A DNA stretch of 64,000 nt, from NCBI GenBank assembly GCA_038747355.1, contig JBCDJX010000005.1, positions 5,380-69,379 on the forward strand. Direction: 5' to 3'. The translations under genes were made by a program, and so were the position numbers. Each line of letters begins with the position of its first letter. Within the stretch, counting starts at the first letter, position 1. A model generated the notes under the pieces. It did not search any database. It worked only from the letters and a program-made list of their open reading frames with translations, and was not told the DNA's origin. This stretch comes from Pseudomonadota bacterium. Its GTDB lineage: Bacteria > Pseudomonadota > Gammaproteobacteria > Steroidobacterales > Woeseiaceae. Shown piece after piece: positions 26,088-33,121 of the stretch.

Positions 26088-27776
26088 TTAATAGCCGCTG
26101 CCCTGAGACGCTTGCTGCGTTTCCGTCGGGCTGACGGTAAACCAGGTGCCGTAAACGCCGTTGACGTCGTCCGGACTCTGGTCGCCGGAAAAGAAGTACA
26201 GCGGGTCGCCCTGGTAGGTCCACTGGCGAGAGCCATCTTCGCGGTCGATGATGCCGAAGTCGCCGCTCGCCCTGTCCGCGTCGTTCGCGTACAGCGGCGG
26301 CCAGGTCACCGCGCAACCGCCGTTGCAGTCTGAATCGCCAGCACCGTCGCCGTCTGCGTCGTTGCGATCGTCATCAAAGCGATACAGCGTGAAGCCCGTT
26401 TTCAGTGACACGGTATCTGCACGTTCGCCGTTGCCGTCGATATCGGCGATAGACCCGCGCGCTTCGAAGATGTCGCCTTCATTGGCGTCGGCAATCACCT
26501 GGACCGGCGTCCGGCGTGCGAGGTGCCAGACCGTTCCGACCTGGTCGCCGTTCACGTCGCCTGCAGCGATGTCGCTGGCGAAGAAGTACATGGGCTCCCC
26601 GTCGATCGCCCACTGTCGTGCGCCGTCGTCGCGGTCGATGAGTGTGTAACGACCGAATTCCGTGGCGCCGGCATCGGCAAACAGTGGCGGCCAGGTCTGC
26701 GCACAACCGCCGTTGCAGTCCGAATCACCAACGCCGTCACCGTTCGCATCGTTAACGTCATTGTCGAACACGTACAGCGAGAAGCCTTCGAGTTCAGCGC
26801 GCTCGAAAGTCGGCGCGCCGTTTGCGTCCAGACCACGTACCGAAGTGGCGGCAACCACGATCGGGCCGAGCGCTGAGTCACCGATCTCGAACGGCGCAGG
26901 ACGCGCGACGTACCAGACGTTACCGGCGCCTTCGCCGTCGGTATCCCCAGGTGCCTGGTCCGGTGCAAAGAAATACAGCGGCAGACCGTTCAGCGCCCAC
27001 TGCCGCGTGCCATCGTCACGAGTGACGATCGTGAACGGGCCACCCTCGGTCGCGCCTGCGTCTGCAAACAGCGGCGGCCAGGTTTCTGCACAGCCGGCAT
27101 TGCAGTCGGAATCGCCCGCGCCATCGCCGTCGGCGTCGTTGCGATCGTTCTCGAAGGTGTACAGCGTGAAGCCTTCCCGGTCGTCGCGCGTGTCGACGAT
27201 GCCGCCGCTGCCGTCCAGTCCGCGAACCGAACCGCGACCAACAAACACCGTGCCTGTTGCGCTGGCGTCTACGTCGCCGCGCATCCAGGGGTCGGGACGT
27301 GCGACATACCAGACGCCGCCGACGCCCTCGCCGTTGATCTCGCCGGCGTTTGCGTCGCCGGCAAAGGTATACAGTGGCAGGCCCTTGAAAGCCCACTGCC
27401 GCGACGTGCCGTCGTCACGCGCGATAATGGAGAACGCACCGGTCGCTTCGGAGCTGTCGTCAGCCAGCAGCGGTGGCCAGTTGTCGGCGCAGCCGGCGTT
27501 GCAATCCGAATCGCCAGCCCCGTCGCCGTCGGTGTCGTTACGATCGTCTTCAAAGGTGTACAGCGTGAAGCCGTCCGCTTCCTTGGCGAAGACCTCTCCG
27601 ATGTCTGTCACGCTGGTCGCGCCCGGGGCCGCAGCCTGCGCAGCGTTCACCGCCGCGGGTGGCTCAGGGGTTTGCAGGGGTTCCAGCGGCGCGGGGTCGT
27701 CCGCGCTTGAGCTGCAGCCAACCAGTACGGCCAGGGCCGACGCGGCAAGCAGGTTCTTCAGTGTTGTGGTGTTCAT
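26088..27776 (-). CDS. Lipoprotein with four tandem COG4315 / 'Lipoprotein_15'-type repeats, each carrying an acidic Ca-binding-like insert
   Basis: The start is at the ATG at 27776: MNTTTLKNLLAASALAVLVGC contains the lipobox LVGC. The unit F(T/S)LY.F.(D/N)D.ND.(D/N)GDG.GDSDCN.GCA..WPPL....G.(F/Y).(I/L)I.R.DG.RQW...G.P(L/M)Y.F occurs four times. Confidence 0.88.
   Translation of the reverse strand: MNTTTLKNLLAASALAVLVGCSSSADDPAPLEPLQTPEPPAAVNAAQAAAPGATSVTDIGEVFAKEADGFTLYTFEDDRNDTDGDGAGDSDCNAGCADNWPPLLADDSSEATGAFSIIARDDGTSRQWAFKGLPLYTFAGDANAGEINGEGVGGVWYVARPDPWMRGDVDASATGTVFVGRGSVRGLDGSGGIVDTRDDREGFTLYTFENDRNDADGDGAGDSDCNAGCAETWPPLFADAGATEGGPFTIVTRDDGTRQWALNGLPLYFFAPDQAPGDTDGEGAGNVWYVARPAPFEIGDSALGPIVVAATSVRGLDANGAPTFERAELEGFSLYVFDNDVNDANGDGVGDSDCNGGCAQTWPPLFADAGATEFGRYTLIDRDDGARQWAIDGEPMYFFASDIAAGDVNGDQVGTVWHLARRTPVQVIADANEGDIFEARGSIADIDGNGERADTVSLKTGFTLYRFDDDRNDADGDGAGDSDCNGGCAVTWPPLYANDADRASGDFGIIDREDGSRQWTYQGDPLYFFSGDQSPDDVNGVYGTWFTVSPTETQQASQGSGY
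26130..27608 (-). repeat. Four in-frame tandem coding repeats, period about 385-400 nt (about 130 aa)
   Basis: Conserved cores recur on the plus strand near 26296, 26695, 27080 and 27480, e.g. ...ccgccgttgcagtc(t/c)gaatc(g/a)cc... ...tacagcg(t/a)gaagcc. Confidence 0.85.
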
Positions 27777-27829
27777 GTTTAGCGTCCTGTTGGAGTGATC
27801 GGGCGGCACCGCGAGGTGCCAGTTCAGCT

Positions 27830-27860
27830 CGTTAACCCCTGAGAAGCGCGCAAAGGTTCA
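27830..27860 (-). promoter_or_regulatory. Putative ECF-sigma-dependent promoter of the repeat-lipoprotein gene
   Basis: The minus strand reads TGAACC-TTTGCGCGCTTCTCAGG-GGTTAACG, ending 53 nt upstream of the ATG at 27776. It faces away from the sigma-gene promoter, which lies 56 nt away. Confidence 0.55.
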
Positions 27861-27915
27861 ATCAGGCAGCGACAGTTACACTCGGATACGACTGGCGACT
27901 TTTTTCGCAATCGTT

Positions 27916-27946
27916 TGAACCTTTTGCGTCGCTTGTGGTGTGAACG
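27916..27946 (+). promoter_or_regulatory. Putative autoregulated ECF promoter of the sigma / anti-sigma / S8 operon
   Basis: The plus strand reads TGAACC-TTTTGCGTCGCTTGTGG-TGTGAACG. The -10-like element overlaps the GTG at 27940, so the ATG at 27973 (SD GGAAG 5 nt upstream) is the more likely start. Confidence 0.55.
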
Positions 27947-27972
27947 CAGTAACAGGTAACGTGGAAGCAACC

Positions 27973-28563
27973 ATGGCGGCCCGAACGCTTATCCGCTCAG
28001 CCACCAGCTACGGCATGACCAGGACATCGACCGACGATGATGATCGCGCGCTGATCGGCCGCATCGCCTCACAGCGCGATGCGGGCGCCTTCGAGCGCCT
28101 CTACGACAGCTACCGGCGTCGCCTCGGCCCGTTCATGTTTCGCTTTGTGCGCGACACGGCGGCAAACGAGGAAGCCTTCAACGACATCATGCTGACCGTG
28201 TGGCGTAAGGCCTCGAGCTACAACGGCCGCTCCCGGGTGTCGACGTGGATTTTCGGAATTGCCTACCGTCAGTGCCTGAAAACCCTGCGCCAGCTGAATC
28301 GTGAGCCGGGCGGTGACGACAGCGTGGAAGTCGCTGTCGATGAGACGCGGTCGCTCGAACGGCAGGACCTGGTTGAGCGAGCGCTGGAGGGCTTGTCGGT
28401 GGAGCACCGACTGGTTATCGAGCTGTCGTACTTCGCCGGTCACAGTTATCAGGAAATCGCGGCCATCGCAGACTGCCCGGAGAACACGGTCAAGACCCGC
28501 GTGTTCCACGCGCGCAAACGCCTGAAGGCGATAATGAATGAACTGGGTGAGCAACCCTCGTAG
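27973..28563 (+). CDS. ECF-type RNA polymerase sigma factor
   Basis: Region 2 reads AFERLYDSYRRRLGPFMFRFVRDTAANEEAFNDIMLTVWRKASSY. The region-4 HTH is LSYFAGHSYQEIAAIADCPENTVKTRVFHARKRLK. The start is uncertain: GTG 27940, ATG 27973 or ATG 28015. Confidence 0.9.
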   Translation: MAARTLIRSATSYGMTRTSTDDDDRALIGRIASQRDAGAFERLYDSYRRRLGPFMFRFVRDTAANEEAFNDIMLTVWRKASSYNGRSRVSTWIFGIAYRQCLKTLRQLNREPGGDDSVEVAVDETRSLERQDLVERALEGLSVEHRLVIELSYFAGHSYQEIAAIADCPENTVKTRVFHARKRLKAIMNELGEQPS

Positions 28564-28583
28564 CTCACCGGGAGACGTGAACG

Positions 28584-29222
28584 ATGAACAAGGTGACTGA
28601 GCTGGCAACGCGCGAAGAGATCGATGACGATCTGCGCATCGTCGACTACGTGGCAGGCAAATTGTCCGGCGCAGAGCGTGCGGATTTTGAGCACCGCCTT
28701 GATTCGGATGCCATGCTCCGCGCGGCGGTCGACGAGGAGCGCGAACTGCGCGCCTTATTGACGACGCCCAGCGACGGCGACGTGCCTTCCTCTGCCGGGT
28801 TTGAACAACTGCGCGAGGAGGTTGAGATGGATGCGACGCGGAGGTTCTGGCGCAGTCCGGCACTGGCGGCCGGTGTTGCCGCGATGGCTCTGATCGCTTT
28901 GTTCACGCTGCAGCAGCCCGACGATGTTGCGCTTCCAATCACGCCAGAGGAGACGCCGCCGCCGTCGTTTACCGCGTTGTCGGAATCGCCGACGCCGCCG
29001 TCCGACCAGAATCGGGTCACGATTGTATTCGCTCCCGGTGTCACGACAGCGGAGCGGGCGGTCATCGCGTCACAGCTCGGCTTTGAACTGGTCGGCGGAC
29101 CGAACGCAGCCGGTGCCTGGACCGCTGTCACCACGCCGGGTGTTAACCGCGATGATCTGTCTCGCTGGCTTGCCGATCCACGCATCGACCTCGCCGAGCC
29201 GCAACGTTACGAGACTCCCTGA
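28584..29222 (+). CDS. Single-pass anti-sigma factor (zinc-less ASD) with a periplasmic I9-propeptide-like domain
   Basis: It immediately follows the sigma gene and has a GGAGA SD. The N-terminal anti-sigma domain reads LRIVDYVAGKLSGAERADFEHRLDSDAMLRAAVDEERELRALL, and the TM segment is ALAAGVAAMALIALFTL. After a Pro-rich linker comes RVTIVFAPGVTTAERAVIASQLGFELVGGPNAAGAWTAVTTPGVNRDDLSRWLADPRIDLAEPQ. Confidence 0.8.
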   Translation: MNKVTELATREEIDDDLRIVDYVAGKLSGAERADFEHRLDSDAMLRAAVDEERELRALLTTPSDGDVPSSAGFEQLREEVEMDATRRFWRSPALAAGVAAMALIALFTLQQPDDVALPITPEETPPPSFTALSESPTPPSDQNRVTIVFAPGVTTAERAVIASQLGFELVGGPNAAGAWTAVTTPGVNRDDLSRWLADPRIDLAEPQRYETP

Positions 29223-30436
29223 TGCGACTGTTATTGATTCTGTTGCTGGTCGCTGCCGCGATGCCCGAATCGGCCTGTGCCGACGAGTCGGCGGTCGGCG
29301 AATGGGTCATTGTGATGACAGACTCGCGGCCGGAGCGCCGGCGAGGCTGGTCCAGTGGCGTTGGCTACACCGGGACCTACAGTTATGCCGATGATCCTGA
29401 GCTGAAACGGCTGGCAAGACGACTTGCGCGAGATTTTCCGGTCACGGTGACGCGGCAGTGGCCGATCCGCTCGCTGTCGGTTCACTGCGTTGTCGTTCGA
29501 ATCGATCGCGATGCTGAGGCCACGCTTGCGGCGTTGCGCAGCGACAAGCGGGTCGAATGGGTGCAGCCGCTCAATGAGTTCCAGGGCTTGTCTCAGCAAC
29601 AGGACCCGTACCGGCACCTGCAGGCGTCGCTGGACACGCTGAACGTGGCGCCCCTGCACAACGAGTTTTCCGGACAGGGCATTCGAATTGTGATGGTGGA
29701 CTCCGGCGTGGAAGCGGACCATCCGGACATACAGCATGCGCTCGCTGACGTGATCGACTTTGTCGGGCAGCCGGCGGGCGGCGAGCGCCACGGCACCGGC
29801 GTCGCCGGCGTCATGGTGGCTCACGGTGCTAACGGCCAGGGCATCAGCGGTGTTGCTCCCGGTGCCGAGCTCTACGCGTACCGCGGTTGCTGGGAAGCGG
29901 ATGATGGCATCACACGTTGTAACAGTCTCACCTTGTCGCTGGCGCTGGATCACGCCATCGACAAACAGCCGCACGTGGTGAACCTGAGCCTGACCGGTCC
30001 AAGCGACCCCTTACTGGACCGTCTTGTTGCGCGTTTGCTGGAACAAGGCGCCGTTGTTGTGACGGCGCACGACAAACAGCGAGGGGAGCAACGATTCCCG
30101 TCACCGGCGGAAGGTGTTTTGGTCGTTCATGACGGATCCAGGGTGACGACGGATGCGCTGGGCGGTTTCTATGCGCCCGGACAGGCCGTGCTCACGGCCC
30201 AGCCGGGCCACGCCTACGATTTTATGGCGGGTTCGTCGCTGGCTGCCGCACACGTATCGGGTGTTTTGGCCTTGCTGCTGGAAGCACATCCATCGCGCGC
30301 AAGGTCCGATTCCGGCGCGGCGTTGCTCGCCAGTCTTCGTTCATCACCCGGAGGTTGGAGTATCGACGCCTGCCTGGCGTTGCATTTTCTCGACAGTCGC
30401 GTTCACTGCGACGCGGTCAACGCAGTCGGTAACTGA
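29222..30436 (+). CDS. Secreted S8 family (subtilisin-like) serine protease with N-terminal I9-like propeptide
   Basis: Its ATG overlaps the anti-sigma stop (TGATG), and it has the signal peptide MRLLLILLLVAAAMPESACA. The catalytic motifs are VMVDSGV (Asp), HGTGVAGVMVA (His), VVNLSLTG (Asn) and AGSSLAAAHVSGVLALL (Ser). Confidence 0.9.
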   Translation: MRLLLILLLVAAAMPESACADESAVGEWVIVMTDSRPERRRGWSSGVGYTGTYSYADDPELKRLARRLARDFPVTVTRQWPIRSLSVHCVVVRIDRDAEATLAALRSDKRVEWVQPLNEFQGLSQQQDPYRHLQASLDTLNVAPLHNEFSGQGIRIVMVDSGVEADHPDIQHALADVIDFVGQPAGGERHGTGVAGVMVAHGANGQGISGVAPGAELYAYRGCWEADDGITRCNSLTLSLALDHAIDKQPHVVNLSLTGPSDPLLDRLVARLLEQGAVVVTAHDKQRGEQRFPSPAEGVLVVHDGSRVTTDALGGFYAPGQAVLTAQPGHAYDFMAGSSLAAAHVSGVLALLLEAHPSRARSDSGAALLASLRSSPGGWSIDACLALHFLDSRVHCDAVNAVGN

Positions 30437-31112
30437 CGCGCAGCGCTACGGCGTCTTTGTCGACCGCGAAGATGCGCGTTGAGTCGTCGTCCACCGTGTT
30501 CCAGGTCAGCGACAGGTCATAACGACCTACGCTCAATCCGCCGCCCACTTCAAACCAGCCGATCATCTCATCGATCTCGCCGCCCACTCGACCGATCCCG
30601 GCCGAGGCGAGCAGATAGCCGCGGTCACTCACCGGCGGGCGGAAGGTCACGCCCGAATTCACCGCCGAAGCGCGGCCATAGTAGTCGGGTGCATAAGCCA
30701 GCATCAGGCCCAGCGACCGACTGACATGCCAGTCCGCACGAAATTCGTAATAGCTCCAGTCACTGACATCAATAAACTCGGCGCGCGACACGGACAGCTC
30801 CAGCGCCCTGTCCTCGCCGAGGGATCGGAAGTAGCCGAGGTGAGCATTCAGGTTGCGAGTCAACGAAAACCCCGCCGGCTGGCCGTCGGCATAGTAGCCG
30901 CCACCGCCGACGAACCAGCCTGAGGCAAAGTCATAGCCGCCACTCACACCAAACGCGGCATGACCATTGCTGATATTGGCGCCGCGATGTACGACTTCGG
31001 AAAACGCATGCAGCTCCAGCGATTCCCCTGCACGGGCAGTCGCTGCGAGAAACAGCAAGCTCAGCGCGGCGGCTCGCACTAGAAGTAGTCTGGCTCGTTG
31101 CCGGCAATCCAC
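30417..31112 (-). CDS. Outer-membrane beta-barrel protein (TIGR02001-like 'proteobacterial OM protein'; family tentative)
   Basis: It has the signal peptide ...LLLVRAAALSLLFLAATARA and Gly/Tyr-rich strands (GVSGGYDFASGWFVGGGGYYADG). The start is either ATG 31112 or GTG 31079; the latter overlaps the upstream gene stop by 1 nt. The 3' end overlaps the convergent S8 gene by 20 nt. Confidence 0.7.
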   Translation of the reverse strand: MDCRQRARLLLVRAAALSLLFLAATARAGESLELHAFSEVVHRGANISNGHAAFGVSGGYDFASGWFVGGGGYYADGQPAGFSLTRNLNAHLGYFRSLGEDRALELSVSRAEFIDVSDWSYYEFRADWHVSRSLGLMLAYAPDYYGRASAVNSGVTFRPPVSDRGYLLASAGIGRVGGEIDEMIGWFEVGGGLSVGRYDLSLTWNTVDDDSTRIFAVDKDAVALRVSYRLR

Positions 31113-31648
31113 TTGATATTGCAGCCGATGCTCGGCTTCTGATCCGGCGTCGGCGCATGGCCTGCCAACACGGCATCCAGTGCTGCTCGTACATCGCTGC
31201 CGTTCACCGGCAGGCCATTCGACGGGCGACTGTCATCGAGCTGTCCGCGGTAGGCGAGTTTCAATCGGTCGTCGAACACGTAGAAGTCGGGTGTGCACGC
31301 CGCTTTGTACGCCTTCGCAACGGACTGGTCTTCGTCAACGAGGTACGGAAAGGAGTACCCCAGGCGCAGCGCCTCCTCACGCATAAGGTCCGGTGCGTCG
31401 GCCGGGTAGTTAACGATGTCATTGCTGCTGACAGCAAAGATTGCAACGCCCTTCGGGGCGTAGTCTGTTCCGATCCTGGCGAGCTCTTCGCCGACGTGCT
31501 TCACGAACGGGCAGTGGTTACAGATAAACATCACCAGCGTCGCCGGCGCGCCCGCAGCCAGCTGGTAAATGTTGCCGTCCGGGTCGGGCAGCGAGAACGG
31601 GGGCGCGGGCGTACCCAGCGGAAGCATTTCGGATTCTACGGCGGCCAT
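31079..31648 (-). CDS. Thioredoxin-fold protein (peroxiredoxin-like, PRX_like1 type)
   Basis: The motifs LVMFICNHCPFVKH and PFSLPDPDGNIY, and the length, fit the AhpC/TSA-like 'thioredoxin family protein' group. Confidence 0.82.
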   Translation of the reverse strand: MAAVESEMLPLGTPAPPFSLPDPDGNIYQLAAGAPATLVMFICNHCPFVKHVGEELARIGTDYAPKGVAIFAVSSNDIVNYPADAPDLMREEALRLGYSFPYLVDEDQSVAKAYKAACTPDFYVFDDRLKLAYRGQLDDSRPSNGLPVNGSDVRAALDAVLAGHAPTPDQKPSIGCNIKWIAGNEPDYF

Positions 31649-31865
31649 GGCATCTCTTTCCGGTTGAGAGCGGCAAGAATAGCGCAGGTTTGAACGTCAT
31701 TTTTGACGGATCTGGCCCTTGCCAGAAGGCGTTTCGTGCATCGCAGCACATGGCCGCACCCGCGCGCACTCACGAAAACCGCGCGACACGTTGACCGTGG
31801 GTCCTTTGCCCCTGCAAGCCGCGTGGTCTGTCGGATACGGGCTGCCGAAACCATTTGCACCGGTC

Positions 31866-31900
31866 GTTAATTTTTGGTAACTTTTGTTAACACTTGATAA
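31866..31900 (+). promoter_or_regulatory. AT-rich island with four G-N-TAA pentamers phased exactly 10 bp apart; probable promoter/operator of the RHH-pspA operon
   Basis: GTTAA occurs at 31866, GGTAA at 31876, GTTAA at 31886 and GATAA at 31896, each preceded by a T-run. A possible sigma-70 promoter is TTGGTA (31874-79), N16, GATAAG (31896-901). The island is strikingly AT-rich in a GC-rich genome. Confidence 0.45.
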
Positions 31901-31924
31901 GCAAATGACAACAAACGTGATCAA

Positions 31925-32437
31925 ATGCCTAACAGAACCAAGCAGATCGGTGTTCGCCTCACCGACCAGGAAGCGGAATTTCTCGCAACACTGAAGGTGG
32001 AGAATGCCGTGACGCCCAGCGACAAGCTGCGCGCCATCATTGACGAGGCCCGTCAGCGACACCGGGGCACCGAAGACTACGCGGGCTCTTTGAAGCTGGT
32101 GCAGGACCTTGTCGCGCCGTCAGCACGCATCGTGCGACAGAGCGAGAACGAACAGCGCATGCATTCGGAGCTGGTGACGCGGCTCGAGGAGTGGGCGCCG
32201 GAGTGCATGGCGTATCTGCTGGCGTCAAACGGCAGAAATACCGCGCTGGACAAAAAACAGCTGGTCGAGATCGAAGCGGCCATCGTGCAACGGGTCATCG
32301 TCTTGATGACTTCGGTGTTGCAGTTGGCCGTAACTCGCACAGCCCCGTTGTACGACGGGCGTGCGCTCGACAAGTCGATCGAGCCGGTGCTGGAACTGGC
32401 CCGCGTCATCGACACCGTGCGCAAACAGAATAACTAG
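31925..32437 (+). CDS. Hypothetical protein with N-terminal ribbon-helix-helix-like motif, first gene of the pspA operon
   Basis: KQIGVRLTDQEAEFLATLKVENAVTPSDKLRAIIDEARQ fits the RHH strand-helix-helix pattern. A helical domain of about 120 aa with no motif I recognise follows. The stop lies 13 nt before the pspA ATG. Confidence 0.7.
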   Translation: MPNRTKQIGVRLTDQEAEFLATLKVENAVTPSDKLRAIIDEARQRHRGTEDYAGSLKLVQDLVAPSARIVRQSENEQRMHSELVTRLEEWAPECMAYLLASNGRNTALDKKQLVEIEAAIVQRVIVLMTSVLQLAVTRTAPLYDGRALDKSIEPVLELARVIDTVRKQNN

Positions 32438-32450
32438 GAGGAGGAGAACA

Positions 32451-33119
32451 ATGGCAGAAACAATGGCAAGACGAGTTAGTCGGCTGATCAGTGGCGGGTT
32501 CAACGCCGTGGTCGATGCCGTCGAGGGCGCCAGCCCGGAGACCGTTATGGAGGAGGCTATCCGTGAGGTCGATAGCGCTATCGACGAAGTGCGCGCTGAG
32601 CTGGGCGAAGTGATCGCCGGTACGCATCACGCGAGCAAGCGGCTGGCGGACGAAACCAACAAGCACACCGAACTTGGCAAGAAAGTGGAGCTCGCTGTGA
32701 CGGAAGGTCGAGACGACCTGGCGGAATCGGCGATCGCTCACCAGATGGACATCGAGGCAAAGATCCCGGTGCTGGAAGCCGCGATTGAGGACGGCAAGGC
32801 GAATGAGGCCGAGCTGGAAAAATACATCGCCGCGCTGAAGGCCCGCCGTCGTGAGATGGAAGAGGAGCTTGTGACCTTCCGTTCAGCCAAGTCGGAATCT
32901 CCGGCGATGAGTAACGGCGCAACTGGCGGATCGTCGGTTGACGGCAAGGTTGACAAGGCGACCGATGCATTCGACCGTGTTATGAACCGCGCGACCGGTG
33001 TGCCCGGCATGTCGACGCCGGAAGACCGCAAGAGCGCTAAAGACCTGGCGGAGCTGGATGAGCTGGCAAGAAAGTCGGCGATTGCAGAGCGCCTCGCCAA
33101 ACTCAAAGGTGACAGCTAA
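32451..33119 (+). CDS. pspA: PspA/IM30 (ESCRT-III-like) family protein
   Basis: The ATG at 32451 is preceded by AGGAGGAGGAG. The N-terminal amphipathic helix ARRVSRLISGGFNAVVDAVEGASPE is followed by long coiled coils typical of PspA/Vipp1. The upstream part of the ORF-track entry (32361) overlaps the preceding gene. Confidence 0.88.
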   Translation: MAETMARRVSRLISGGFNAVVDAVEGASPETVMEEAIREVDSAIDEVRAELGEVIAGTHHASKRLADETNKHTELGKKVELAVTEGRDDLAESAIAHQMDIEAKIPVLEAAIEDGKANEAELEKYIAALKARRREMEEELVTFRSAKSESPAMSNGATGGSSVDGKVDKATDAFDRVMNRATGVPGMSTPEDRKSAKDLAELDELARKSAIAERLAKLKGDS

Positions 33120-33121
33120 CG

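Noticed and set aside
26662-27798. 378-aa plus-strand ORF opposite the repeat lipoprotein (Ser/Pro/Ala-rich and itself repetitive)
   Set aside because: Its repetitiveness simply mirrors the four coding repeats on the other strand. The minus frame has a lipobox and the COG4315 signature.
27940-27972. GTG at 27940 as the start codon of the second ECF sigma
   Set aside because: It lies inside the predicted -10 element of the operon's own promoter (27939-27946). The ATG at 27973 has a GGAAG SD 5 nt upstream. The choice remains uncertain without TSS data.
31871-31890. Possible sigma-54 promoter (TGG…) upstream of the pspA operon, by analogy with E. coli psp
   Set aside because: The GG at 31876-77 is not followed by a GC dinucleotide at the required +12 spacing (the sequence there is TA). 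No PspF-like activator is present in the window.
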